A stretch of DNA of 62,180 nucleotides, counting the filler. It is 7 parts of 7 records of this genome, joined end to end, with 100 filler letters (N's around TTAATTAATTAA, not from the genome) between each part and the next. Parts side by side here need not be neighbours in the genome. Positions count along the whole stretch, not along the records: positions 1 to 15,886 come from SRR7504441_6297; positions 15,987 to 29,252 come from SRR7504441_6299; 5 more parts are not named here. One strand, 5' to 3'. The translations under genes were made by a program, and so were the position numbers. The notes beneath the pieces are model-generated. The model saw nothing but the letters and a program-made list of their open reading frames with translations, was not told the origin of the DNA and ran no database searches. Positions within the stretch are counted from its first letter, which is position 1. Every line of letters begins with the position of its first letter. This document shows positions 12,144-23,564 of the stretch, one piece after another.

Positions 12144-13829
12144 TTATGCTCCGTTGAGCTTCTGAAGGATGCGCTCCTGAGTCGCCTCGATCTCGTCAAA
12201 TCTTGCCTGAACATTCGCTCCAGCAGCAGCCGGCTGCATGGACTGGCGGATCTCGCGAGCCAGGTCGCTCACCGTCACCGCCGACTCTGTCACCAGACCC
12301 GGCTGCGGCATGCCAAGATCGCCCCCGCCCAGCCTTGTAATCTTGTATTGAATCTCGAGCAGCACCTTGTACCTTTTGGCAGCCTTCACTTCGTAAAACG
12401 TGTGCAGCGCCCGGTCATCCCAGCGCTGCGCCAACGGTCAGACATGCACGGGGCGCAGGCACCGCTTCGTCCCTGACTTGCCGGCGGAAGCGCACCCAGG
12501 CCTGTAAGATCCGGACTGCAGCTTCCCTTTCGCACTCGAGCAACTCACATTGCTTGAGCCAGTCCACAGCCCATACCTGGCCGGCATGACCGGGTTGGGC
12601 CGGTGGGCTGGCACCTCATATGATGCAAAGGTGGCCGAATCGAATACAACGGACACGAACATACCGACTATCACCATACCCCATACAGCCATCAATGTGA
12701 GCACTGCCAGCCCAAACTGACTCTTCGGGAACATGTCTCCGTAGTCCATGGAGACCAGGCTGAAGATGGTGAACCAGACGCAGTTTTTCAGACCGAATTG
12801 CTCCGGCTGCCAATCGCGCTCGGTCGCATGAATCATGTAAGCAAGTAGCACCACACTCATAACCAACACCGTATTGGTGAAGGCTATCGTGTGCTCATAA
12901 TAGATCGACCTGATCGCCGTCGCCCAGCCGATCTCGCACCCGCCCCCTTCTCGGTGGCTGGCACAGCGCCACTCAGACGGGAGGGAGGGTCGGGCGCTCA
13001 CCCTTCATCGTAAATCATCCGCCGCCTGGCATATATGTCTGTGTAATCGCGGGCGAATCGGATAAACAAGTAAACCCTGAGCATCACAAACACTTCGAGC
13101 TTGTCGGAGGCGAACGGCTTCTGCTGTCCCGAATCCTGCCCACGGGCGTGAGCCCCATGCCCGCTGGGCGGAGCGACCTTAGTCCAAAATTGGAAATCAA
13201 AGTAAGGAGGCGCGTGGAGGGCGATCACCACAAACTCGGCGATAAAGCTCCACATGTGGTGCTGGAACTTGGGTTTGGGCCCTGGATTCTGGCCCGAATA
13301 GAGCGTGACGTACCACTGCTTCTTAGCTCCGGCCACTTTGTACTCATAGTAGTCGTACAAGTAGTACAGCATGAGAACCGTCTCAAAGCTGAGGATCGCT
13401 TTGACCACCTCGCAGGCGGTCCCTCTCTCGTACACCGCCTTCTCGTGGTTGAAAGCCATCTCCATCTCGATCACCATCGTGATGATTGAGAGGGCCGCCC
13501 AAATCGCCAGCCGGGTGTTCTTCTTCTTCATTGCCCAGTCGAACTCCATGTGCAGGATGGAGATCGGGAGCGATGAAAGCAGATACACCCTGCCCCGCCT
13601 CAAGCCGGCCTCCGATCGGCCGGCCCCGCACCCGGAATTCTCCAATGGGGACGACCGCAGGAACGAGCGCTCGATCGGCCTCCATTTGTGCGCGTCGTCG
13701 GAGGTGAGACCGTCGTCCGCCGCAGCTGCCCCCCGGCCCGTAAGGCCTCCGCGCCGGCCGCTGGGCCGCGCGTGAGCAACCACCTTGCGGCACGGCCTTG
13801 GGAATGCCCCCGCTGGGGTCTGTTTTCAT
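12144..13829 (-). CDS. SK/IK-like (small-conductance Ca-activated-type) cation channel with atypical filter, about 6 introns
   Basis: 6-TM layout, LHAPPY, MLRVYLFIR, pore CVWFTIFSLVSMDYGDMFP, IQ-like AAVRILQAWVR and a C-terminal coiled coil. The first exon is less certain. Confidence 0.82.
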
Positions 13830-14773
13830 GGGCGTTGCCTCCTCCCAACAAACTCCAACGGACGGGCCCCGCCAAAGCCCTTGGGCACCGACGCCGATGC
13901 ACCGATCCAAGCCAGCCGGCTGCTCCCAGGAGACGGACGAGACCGGGCGGGTGGTCTGTGGATCCTCGTGCGAGGCGACGGCCGACTGCAGGTTCAACGC
14001 CACCGACGGGTTCCTTCACAAGCTCTGCTCGATCCAGCAGAAGCCGCGGGCAGGCGAAGCGTGCACCCGGCTGGACGGCCGGTGGCAGACCCGGTACGTG
14101 GAGCTGGTGCCCGGGCCGGAGGGGCACCACGGGATGCTCCGGTACCGGACCTCCAAGTACGACGCCGGCAAGGTAACGGAGCTCTCACTCCAGGGGGTGC
14201 GAGCCGTACTGTGGCGGGCGGAGGTGGATGGGGGGCGGGTAGAGCGAGTGCCAAAGGGCCAGCCGGGGCCCGACGCTGTGCACATACTGGTGCTGAGTGT
14301 GGCGGGCCGGTGCGGACCGGTGCGGCTGGGGCAAACGGCCGGTCAGGCTGTATGTGTTTAAGAATCTAGGGGAATGGACGGACGTTGAGATGCCGGTGTG
14401 GTACGAGCGGATCAAAGAAACCATTGCGGGGCCCCAGCACCTGGTGCCCCGCCCGCTCGGCCGGCCGCTGAGCCGTGGGCTGCAGCATGATGTCAGGCGG
14501 GAGCTGGAGCTCCGCGAGAGCCAGGAGGAGTCATTTAGGGAGCAGTACGAGCACAAGAGCACCGGGATTGACGAGCAGGTGCTGAGGCTTTCGGAGAAGT
14601 TTGGGCACGGCGGTGTGGATCTTGAGCCGTGGGTAGAAGATCATCTTACTGTGACTGAGCACTCCGATGACACCTCGGAGCATAGCGAGGTCGTAGACGA
14701 GCAGCCGGCTCGGGCCGAGCAGCCGACGGGTGTCGGGGTGTGCCGCACGTGCAGTGTCTGCGCAATATGCTAG
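13828..14773 (+). CDS. PH-domain protein
   Basis: DGFLHK...WQTRYVEL...LRYR...LYVFK...VWYERIK PH-like pattern across a 37-nt intron. In-frame ATGs at 13804, 13828 and 13897. Confidence 0.6.
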
Positions 14774-14914
14774 CCTTCGACCCGGCAAGCCGGCTTAGTG
14801 GCAGCTTCCTTCACGTGCCATAATTATACTCTAAATACACCTCTACCGTAACATTAATTTAATTATAGCATTACAGCATAGCGGCATTGCTCGTGGTTTT
14901 ATTTAATTCTTCCA

Positions 14915-15615
14915 TCAGCGCATTACGGTATCTGCTATTGCCCCCGGATCCAGCCCGCTGCCAGCCCGCCACATCTCAATCCCAGCTCGGCTCAAGCACA
15001 TACCCGTCACCCTCTTCCTTGCTCTTGCCAGCAGCCCCATTAGTTGCCGCTTTGCTGCGCACCCACTCACCGCCCGCCCGGCCTCGCCCCACCGGGTCGA
15101 CCGCGCGGCGTTCCGGCCCAGCCCGAAGCACTTCTCCAGGTGAGGCGCGTACCTGCTCCGCGGTCGGCCGGCCGGCCGCGAGCGGCCCGCACCGGCCAGC
15201 AGAGACTTTGGTCCCGCAAATGTCGCAGCTGATCGAGGCGCTCGGCACTTTGGGCGGCGCGTTGCCAAAGATATCCACCCCAGCCCGCCGGACCAGCCCA
15301 CCGGCGTTAGGGTCCAGCGGCTCGCCGGGCTTGTTGGCGTCGAGCACAGCGGACCAGTGTGCCGCGAACCCGGCAGGCGGGCCGTTGAGCGCGGTCCGGT
15401 GCGCCTCGAACGCCTGGTCTAGGATGATCTCGTCTAGCAGGTCCTCGAGCAGCCCCGACGCCTGCCCTGGGCTCCCCCCGGGCCCGGGCTGGCCGAGCCA
15501 CCACGCGGGCGGTAGATAGGGTCGGGGTGGCCGCCGCCAGGATCCCGGCGAGCTGGGCCTTCTGGGCCTCGAGCTCCGCGCACCGGGCGGCCAGATCGGC
15601 CCCGGGCGCCTCCAT
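14915..15615 (-). CDS. SGF11: SAGA deubiquitination module subunit Sgf11/ATXN7L3
   Basis: LLEDLLDEIILDQAFEAHR, DIFG, and the zinc finger CDICGTKVSAGRYAPHLEKCFGLGR, reconstructed across 4 short introns. Confidence 0.9.
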
Positions 15616-15886
15616 CAAGCCACGCGATCTGGCTCAAGGCAGCGCTGAACAGCACTCCGGGCAGTCGATCGTGCCGTTACTGTCCGATCCATCCGGAGTA
15701 GCCTGGACCGTAGCTCGGTAGCTGCACCGGTTAAGCTCAACGCATTGTTCGAATCACAACAACGACAGATCTAGACAGATCGGCGCCAACCCATGCCCCG
15801 CCTCACGTGCTCGTGCCGTGGTGCACGCGTAGGCTAGAATCAGCCTGTGGAGAGTAATGTACCCGGAATGCAGATTGAACACGATT

Positions 15887-15986
15887 NNNNNNNNNNNNNN
15901 NNNNNNNNNNNNNNNNNNNNNNNNNNNNNNTTAATTAATTAANNNNNNNNNNNNNNNNNNNNNNNNNNNNNNNNNNNNNNNNNNNN
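15887..15986. other. Artificial contig linker
   Basis: N44-TTAATTAATTAA-N44 (stop codons in all six frames). Confidence 0.98.
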
Positions 15987-17638
15987 GGGGGGGATCGACT
16001 GGGCCGAGCTGCTGGCCTATCAGACGGTCAAAATGGTCCGGATCAAGAGCGTGGTGCTCGGGACCATCCATTTCCTCTTTCTTCTGGCCGTGGTGCTCTA
16101 CCTGGCCATCGTGGTCTTCGGGTGACCCCTGCCCTCCGCGGCAGCCTGACCGGCGCGGCAGGTTCCAGAAAAAGTACCTGCTACTGGAAGTCCCGGAGGG
16201 CACCTCTCGGATCTCGATCGTGGATCCGTGCAATCCGATCAGCGACGCGCAGTACTGCACCGACGGCGGGAACGGCCAGCAGGGGGTGGCCGGGGAATGT
16301 TATGATTATCAACGATTTCGATGCACTCGGCATGCGTACTGCACGGACACGAGCACGACGGAGCTCACCCAATTCCCATCGAGCCTAAACCATGACCTCG
16401 ACGGGCTGGTCCCGCCGTCATTCATCGAGACTTCAGCTACTGTTGGAGTCGGGAGTGCCGCAAGTGAGGGGGGGGACCTGGGCCAGACGCTGAGGTGCCG
16501 ATACTGGGACCACAACTCGCTGTCATGGCCGCCGGGAGAGAATGAAGCCATCACGATAGGCACTCGGGTGGAGATCTATCATCAGAAGCTCAAGGACATG
16601 CATGGGAACACGTGCACTGACCAGCAGCAGGCGGATTGCCAATGGTACCCGCCAACTGATGACCACTCTACCGATGCGGAGACGTTCTCCGGCAATAATT
16701 CATATTATTTGGCAGACGTGGGGAACTTTTCACTCACAATCTATCACCAGGCGCATGGGGTCACCATTGATAAAACAGTTGACTCTGCAACGTCAGGTGG
16801 CTTGCCATGTGTGTCGTTGGTTTATGACTTTCTGTGCGCCTGCAGATGGCTGGCTGATGCAGTGCAAGCCTGGCAAGAACTGCGACCCGGGAGGCGATTC
16901 GTCAGACTACACAAAACTGAAGTACCTGCCATCCAACGGCCGAGGCGACGTGCTACGAGTCCAAGAGCTGCTTGATGCCGCAGCTGTGCCGTCTGGCCAA
17001 GGCGGGCTGGACCTGAGCGCGATCTCGGATGCCTGCCCGTCCAAATGCAATGGGAACTACTCGACCTACAGGCAACCAGCCGGATCAGCGGCGTGGCTCA
17101 TTCAGGTGGCAGGTACGTTGGAGTGATGCTCACGCTATCGATTGTTTACGACAATACTGGGCTGCTGATCCCCGAGTCGGACAATTGGTGGGGGATCGGG
17201 GTTGGCAACTTTAAGTACCAAATTAGGGTCACCACGCAGGAGGCCACCACGTTCAGCGTGCAGGTGGTGCAGCACGGCGATGTTAATGTGGACCGAACCA
17301 TCCACCATATTCACGGGCTGAGATTCCTCGTTTCTCAGACTGGCAGTATCGGGAATCTAGATTTCAACGTACTCTTGCTGCAAGCGACGACTGCCGTTGC
17401 CTTGATTGCAGTAGCGACTACAGCTGTGGATTTCGCCCTTCAATACCTCATGCCAGACAGTGACAAATACACCAGCTACAAATTTCAAGAGGAGGAGGTC
17501 GAAGGTGAGGCAGATTTACTGCAAGCTCTGGTTGGCTCGGCTTCGTTTGGAACTGTGGATTTGAGAGAGAGTGCATTAGATGATCAGGACAGTGATCTAG
17601 AAGAACCACGTCAAGCAATACCTCCGGGCCCTGCATAG
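15987..17638 (+). CDS. P2X purinoceptor-like ion channel (5' partial), 3 introns
   Basis: N-terminal YQTVK, TM1, Cys-rich ectodomain, HGLRFLVSQTGSIG before TM2, C-terminal YxxxK (YTSYK). Confidence 0.88.
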
Positions 17639-17864
17639 CCCTACGCCGGCCTACGGCTCCATGAATAAAACATTTGAATTGATTATTTACCCGGTACACA
17701 TGTACGTTATATGTTACTGTACGCAGCTGAACCCGCTTGTTAGGATGAGAGCGATGAGTAGATTGTAAGTAGATTGAACGTCACTGTCCAGGTACTGTCC
17801 AGGCCGCGCTTCCCCATTGCTCCTGCGGCCGACGTACGACATACGGAGCTCAATAACGGACTCA

Positions 17865-19391
17865 ATGCGCTCGGTCCGGTATACGCTGCTGCTGCTGGTG
17901 ACGGCCACCAGCGCGCTGGACGAGGTGACGCAGCTGCCCGGCTGGCCCGGCCAACTACCGTCCAAGTGGTTCTCGGGCTACATCCCTGTGGGCGGGGGCG
18001 CGCGACAGCTCCACTACACCCTCACCGAGAGCGAGAGCCGGCCGGCCCAGGACCCGTTGGTGCTCTGGCTCAACGGTGGCCCAGGCTCCTCGTCGCTCAA
18101 GGGCGCTTTCACCGAGATCGGCCAGTTGGTCTTTTCGGCCCGTTCGCTCACCCAAAACACCAGCGAAGTGCCCCGGCTGTGGCGCAACCCGTGGGCCTGG
18201 ACCCGCGAGGCTTCGGTGGTGTACCTCGAGTCGCCAGCCGGGGTGGGGTTCAGCTACTGCACTTACTCCCCCTGCCTTGCCAATGACACGAGCACTGCCG
18301 ACGACTCGCACGAATTCCTGCTGGGCTTGCTAGAGAGATTCCCCCAGTTCAAGTCGGTCGACTTCTTCATCACTGGCGAGTCGTACGGTGCTCAACCCAT
18401 CCACTTGTGCTGGTTCTAACAGGTGGCCTGCAGCGGGCATATACATCCCTATGCTGATGGACCGGATCCGCCGACACAACAAGATCCGAAACTTCCGTGG
18501 AGCCGCGATTGGGAATGGCTGTTACGGCAATCAAGTCGGCACCTGTGCCTTTGGGCCGGACCAGAAGCGGATTGTTTCGGACTTTTACTTTGGGCACGGG
18601 CTGTTCCCGGTTTGGCTCAAGAAGCAGCTCGACGCAGCGTGCGGAGACTGGAGCCAGATCAGTCCGGGCTGCGAGGCCGTGTTTAACCAGCTGAATGCCG
18701 CCGTCGGGCCGCACAACTTTTATAACCTGGAAGACTTTTGCAGCACCGCCGACGCTTCGCACGCCGACCGCTGGTCCAGCCTTGGCGCAGCCAAGCCGTT
18801 CGATGGGCTCCCAGTTGCCAAAGAAGCGGCAGACTCCCAGGAAGGCCCTCTCGGCCAGACGCAGCATTGGTGCAACGCTGGGGTGGCGCAAGCCGCGTGG
18901 GAAGCGATCCCGGCGGTGGCAGCGGCGCTCAACGTCAAACCAGGCACCGCGGGGATGAACTACACCCGGGTCGGTGGTGGTGACATGCGGCCGCTGTACG
19001 CCAGCTTGGCCACCGACTACAGGCTTTGGATCTACAACGGCCAGGCTGACGCCTGCCTCCCGTACAATGGAGCGGAGGTGAGCCGTGCCCGGCTGGGCTG
19101 AGCGTCAGCCAGGAATGGACGAGCGAACTCGGGTTCAACATCACAGAGCCTTGGACGCCCTGGCTGGGTGGGGCCGGAGGGGGGCGCGCCTCGGCCGGTG
19201 CGAGCCTCAAGTTCGGCAAGCCGGCGCGGGATTTTCGGTTCGTGACCATCAAGGGCGCCGGACATGAGGTGCCGGCATACAAGCCGCAGGTGTGCTTCGT
19301 GTGCTTGCTGAGTGATCACGCCACACTGAGCCGTGGGGCGCAGGCGGCTTACTCGATGTTTCTCAATTTCATCCGGGGTAAATGGGAGTGA
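17865..19391 (+). CDS. Serine carboxypeptidase (S10), secreted, 3 introns
   Basis: WLNGGPGSSS, ESPAGVGFSY, GESYAG, NGQAD, GAGHEVP. Confidence 0.95.
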
Positions 19392-19560
19392 AACTTAGTA
19401 CGTGAATATGTACGTACTAGTATACTCGTACTCCGTACTTAACCGTACTGCGTACGTCGTACGAGTACTTTACAACGTGAACTAGTATACTAGTATAATT
19501 AAAGTACCAAACACGAGTACTGGTACGTATTCCCGAAACGATTTCGATATCATTCAATCG
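19392..19560. terminator. Putative bidirectional 3'-end spacer, GTAC/palindrome-rich
   Basis: AT-rich region between convergent genes with 12 GTAC copies in 19398-19526 and the perfect palindrome ACTAGTATACTAGT (19481-19494). The terminator function is inferred. Confidence 0.4.
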
Positions 19561-19638
19561 GCTTTAGATTATGGTTGGCTATTGCGTAGGCACTGCCTGC
19601 CGAGGCCCACGACTCGGGCAGCAGTTGGGTGGCCTCGG

Positions 19639-20121
19639 TCACACGCACTGTTCTAGTTGTTCTATCCGCTCGTTCAGCTTACCCGGCTGCGGCTCGCCCA
19701 GCAGCTCCTCCTCCAGCCGCTTCAGCCGGGGCATTAACCCTTTGATCGCCCCCGTGCTATTCACCCCCAGCGCCCCCTCCAGCGCCTGTATGCGATTCCC
19801 GGCGCTCGGCTGGTCCTTGGCCTCCGCTCGCCCCGGCTGCCGATCCGGCTCTGGCCCGGCTTCTAATCCATCCAGCAGCCCCGGTGTTGCCGCTGGACTG
19901 CGCCCGCGTGCGTGCAGCTGCTGATACTCGGTGAGGCTGGCCACGTGCTCCTCGGCCTCGGCGAACAGTGCCCGCAACCGGGCCGGATCGTTCACCCCCT
20001 GGTTGCTCCGGAACTTGAGCTGGGCGTACCGCCACATTGTGTCCCGGCCCGTCCGATTGCGGCACCGCACTGCCGCCCGCAGGCACCGGCGGTACAGCGC
20101 GCGGATCGCCTCCCGCTGCAT
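19639..20121 (-). CDS. LYR-motif (Complex1_LYR) mitochondrial protein
   Basis: MQREAIRALYRRCLRAA...QLKFRSN...DPARLRALFAEAE. Confidence 0.75.
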   Translation of the reverse strand: MQREAIRALYRRCLRAAVRCRNRTGRDTMWRYAQLKFRSNQGVNDPARLRALFAEAEEHVASLTEYQQLHARGRSPAATPGLLDGLEAGPEPDRQPGRAEAKDQPSAGNRIQALEGALGVNSTGAIKGLMPRLKRLEEELLGEPQPGKLNERIEQLEQCV

Positions 20122-20268
20122 ATCACAGTGGCCGGAACGAGCTCGAGCAAGAGCAACGAAACTTCTGCTGCAGTGCGGTCCGGTGGCCACTGGCAGCTGA
20201 CTGGGTGCACGGGGGCGGGTGCGTGTCGCAGCTGGCTCGCTCTTCGGGCAGTTCGCGGCTGTGAGCCG

Positions 20269-21345
20269 ATGAGCGCTCGCACCGGCCTCACGCCCGAGGA
20301 GCGCGCCCACTTTGACGAGCACGGGTACGTGGTGGTCCGCGGTGCGATTCCGGAGGCCGACTTTGAGGGGCTGGTGGCGGACTTGCGGTCGCTGGTCGAG
20401 ATCCAGGCCCGGGCGTGGACAGAGGCCGACCTGCTGCCTGCCGAAACCCTGGACGAACTGCTCCAGTTGCCGTTCGAGACGCGCCTGGGGCGCATTGTGA
20501 CTGCGATGCGCTCGCACGCGCTGGCCACGGGCGGCGACAAAGCGGCGGTGGATGGCGAGATCCAGCGTTTCGGGCAGTCGCTCGACACAATGCACGCGCG
20601 CACCCGTGGCACTTTTGAGTTCTTCTTCGGGAAGGCGCTGCTCGACTGCATCCAGACGCTGGTGGGAGGTGAGATCCTGCTCTCGCCCATCCAACACCTC
20701 CGGCCGTACCTGCCTATGGACAGAACGGGAGTGCCACAGCAGCGCGGTGCGGGGGCGGCAAGTCTCGCTCCCTGGCACCAAGACATGGGAGTGACCCGCG
20801 AGGAGGCCGATGGAACCGACATTGTGACGTGCTGGATCCCGCTGGTCGATGCGAATATGGACATGGGAGCGCTGCGTGTGATACCAGATCTGCACGACCC
20901 CGCGGCTGGCAAAGGTGTTGGTCTGCTCGAGCACATCAAAGATCCGACGTATGGCACCACCATCCGACCCGATTTGATCGCTCCCCACGAGGCAGCGCAC
21001 GTGGGCTGCCCATGCCAGCGTGGGGATTTGTTGTTGATGCACCACTTTACCCCACACAAGACCGGTGGACCGAATGTTGATGAATCAGGTGCAGTGCGGT
21101 GGTCACTGGATGTTCGCTTCCAAAAGGTGGGAACCCCAACGGGACGGCCATTTTGGCCAGGAGTAGTAGTGCGCTCTGTGTCCGATCCTGCCCGCGAGCA
21201 GCGCGACTACAACGAATGGTGTCGCCGTTGGGAGAGCGACCTGAGGACTAGTGTGGGCGAGCGCTGGCATCGTGTGCCCGGCGATGTGGGGGGATTCATT
21301 GGAGGTGCGGCGTCCAGCTCCGATACCACCACGGACAACCGGTGA
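20269..21345 (+). CDS. Phytanoyl-CoA dioxygenase (PhyH)-family 2OG-Fe(II) oxygenase
   Basis: FDEHGYVVV, WHQD, TCWIPLVD, distal His (TPHK), RWSLDVRF. Confidence 0.9.
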   Translation: MSARTGLTPEERAHFDEHGYVVVRGAIPEADFEGLVADLRSLVEIQARAWTEADLLPAETLDELLQLPFETRLGRIVTAMRSHALATGGDKAAVDGEIQRFGQSLDTMHARTRGTFEFFFGKALLDCIQTLVGGEILLSPIQHLRPYLPMDRTGVPQQRGAGAASLAPWHQDMGVTREEADGTDIVTCWIPLVDANMDMGALRVIPDLHDPAAGKGVGLLEHIKDPTYGTTIRPDLIAPHEAAHVGCPCQRGDLLLMHHFTPHKTGGPNVDESGAVRWSLDVRFQKVGTPTGRPFWPGVVVRSVSDPAREQRDYNEWCRRWESDLRTSVGERWHRVPGDVGGFIGGAASSSDTTTDNR

Positions 21346-21506
21346 GAACTTAATCAGTGACGCTTAAGCTTCAGTATAATTATAAATGGTATTTAGTAGT
21401 GATATAACATGATAAATGTGATACGAATAGATAATCATACAGCATGATCAGATTTGTGAATGGAGCTCACGATTCATGATGTCCTCAACTCGTGAGCAAG
21501 ATTGAC

Positions 21507-23215
21507 TTATTGCGGCATACGAACAATGTTTGGATTCGTCAACATGGAGCCCATTTGAGAAGCATCGGCACCAAAGAAGAAGGCTGCCCCACCCGTGTTC
21601 AGTCCAGGCTGTAATTACTATAGCAACATCACCGGCTTTGTTGGATAGCACCCCTTTCAATGCATCTATCTTGGCCAGGTCACTCGCAAGTGCTGAGGAC
21701 TCGATCTGTCCACCCGCTCACCCAGGCAGCACTTCGGGCTCCAGAACCTGTGCCGCTGCCTCCTTCTGGCCTTCGGCCCGAATCTTGGCTGAGGTGGCTT
21801 CAGCCTCGGCTTCAGAGATCTTGTTGCGGTTATCTGTCTCTACCTTGATCGAAGCGGCCTGCAGCCGAGTCAGCCGCAGGCGACCAGAAGCCAGCGGACC
21901 TTGGCTTCAGCCCTAGCTTGTGTCTCGATCTGCTCCGCTTGCGCAGTAGCCAGCGCGCCCTTGGCCAGGTACTCACGCAGCTTGGGGTCGGCCGGGATCG
22001 CGGAGATGATGTTGATGCTGATTATCTCCACTCCATACCTGCGGGTGATTGAGTTGGAGTGGTCCACCGCATTCTCCATCCGCTTTTCATCGAATATCTT
22101 TGAATACTCGGTGTACTCGGGCGGGGCTTCGCCCGAGCGCGTGTTGCCCTCCTTTTGGGCTAAACTAGCCGCCCGGCGCTGCTCCTGGATGGTGGCTGAC
22201 AGGTGGAACGTGTCCATATATCTCAGTTCGCCCACATACATGGCCAGCGACGCTCGGCCCTGCTTGAGCACATCTTCGCGCAGCTTGCCAATGTCCATGG
22301 CTTGACCCCGCCCGTGGCCCTCCATTGTGTCCGCCGCAGTGAGAGCCGCCTGTGCCACGTCCACGATCTGCCACACTATGGTGGCCTCCACGTGCAAATT
22401 CACATTATCGGCCGAAGTAGCCTCAATCGCCCGCAGATCGTCTGAGTTGAGCTTCTTAGACATGAACTTCTCAAACTTTGCACCTCTGTGCTTCAACACA
22501 GTGGTCGTGCCACCTTCGAGGATAATCTGCTTGCCGTTGTCCTGACAGATGGCTGCGTATCCTTCGTCCACCGTCACCACGGTGTACGGCCCGAGCTTTG
22601 TGATATTGGACGAGAGGTCGACCTCGCGATCGAACTTGAGTGTCGGCGAGTGCCACTGGTGCATCCCAGGAGGGAGCAGCACCGGCTGACCCATGTCCTC
22701 GCACACGCCGATGTGCCCCTGCTGAATGGTGCAAATAGTGTGCGGGCCGTTCGAGATCCGAGTGGAGCAGATCTCAACCTCGTTCCCGACCGAAAGGAAC
22801 GGGGCGCAGTACAGGTGCACGCCCGGGCCGTACATTGGGAACCCGCCCGAACCGTCCTCCCCGCACCGAATGTAGCCTTCGTCAACCACAAATGTCCTGT
22901 CAACCCAGTGTCCTCAGATCAGGTGCTAGATGCACTCAAGCACCTGATGCAACAGCAGCAGCAGCAGGCCGCTTTGTTGACCAGCAGGGTAGAATTCGCC
23001 GACTGCACGTCCAGCACGTCGTGCTGCTGGTCGGCGCTGGTGAGTTCGCGGGTGACCCTGTACCGTTCCTCAAGCATCGAGCCGGAGCCATCGGGCGGAT
23101 GGATGAGAGCAGTGTAGGCCGCGTTGCACGGCTGATCGCGGGCTGCGCCCGGCGTGGCGCGGGTGTTGTTGCTCCTGCCATCTGTGGAGCTGAGCTTGTG
23201 GTATTGCGCCTCCAT
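21507..23215 (-). CDS. SPFH/Band 7 family protein with Cys string, 4 introns
   Basis: SPFH core (TSADNV..VEATIVWQIVD, YGVEIISINI), AEA-rich coiled coil, N-terminal CCCCCC. Confidence 0.85.
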
Positions 23216-23331
23216 TTCGTGCGCGGCTCTGAGACGGGTGAGCAGTCGCCCGGCCGTTTGTCGGTTGCTAAAACTCCCAAAGCTACGTGTACAGCTAGCT
23301 GTACGAGCGTAGGCGAAGGAAGACTTTAGTA

Positions 23332-23403
23332 TAGAAGTCAGGTAGAAGTCAGGTATGTACAAGGACCGGAGAGAGAGAGAGAGAAAATTCAGGTAGAAGT
23401 CAG
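23332..23403. repeat. Three TAGAAGTCAG copies plus a (GA)n tract
   Basis: Seen directly, upstream of the SPFH gene start. Confidence 0.7.
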
Positions 23404-23564
23404 TTTGACGCACAAGAGAAGGATGAATTCACCTCACGATCACGTAGCAACCCTAGGCACCTAGGCCCGTTAGGCCTACGACCGTACATGGCCGTTCTCA
23501 AACAACCAGTCGCGACAGACGAATGTTTGACAATACTCATTTAAGCGCGCAAGTATCTATTGGC

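Noticed and set aside
15931-15942. TTAATTAATTAA palindrome recurring six times
   Set aside because: Always centred in N-runs of identical length, so it is an artificial linker. Adjacency across linkers carries no meaning.
19639-21345. Long antisense and overlapping ORFs (e.g. 19639-21057 minus, 19992-21059 minus, 3656-4612 minus)
   Set aside because: Expected shadows of GC-rich, codon-biased genes. Only the LYR portion of 19639-21057 has protein-like motifs.
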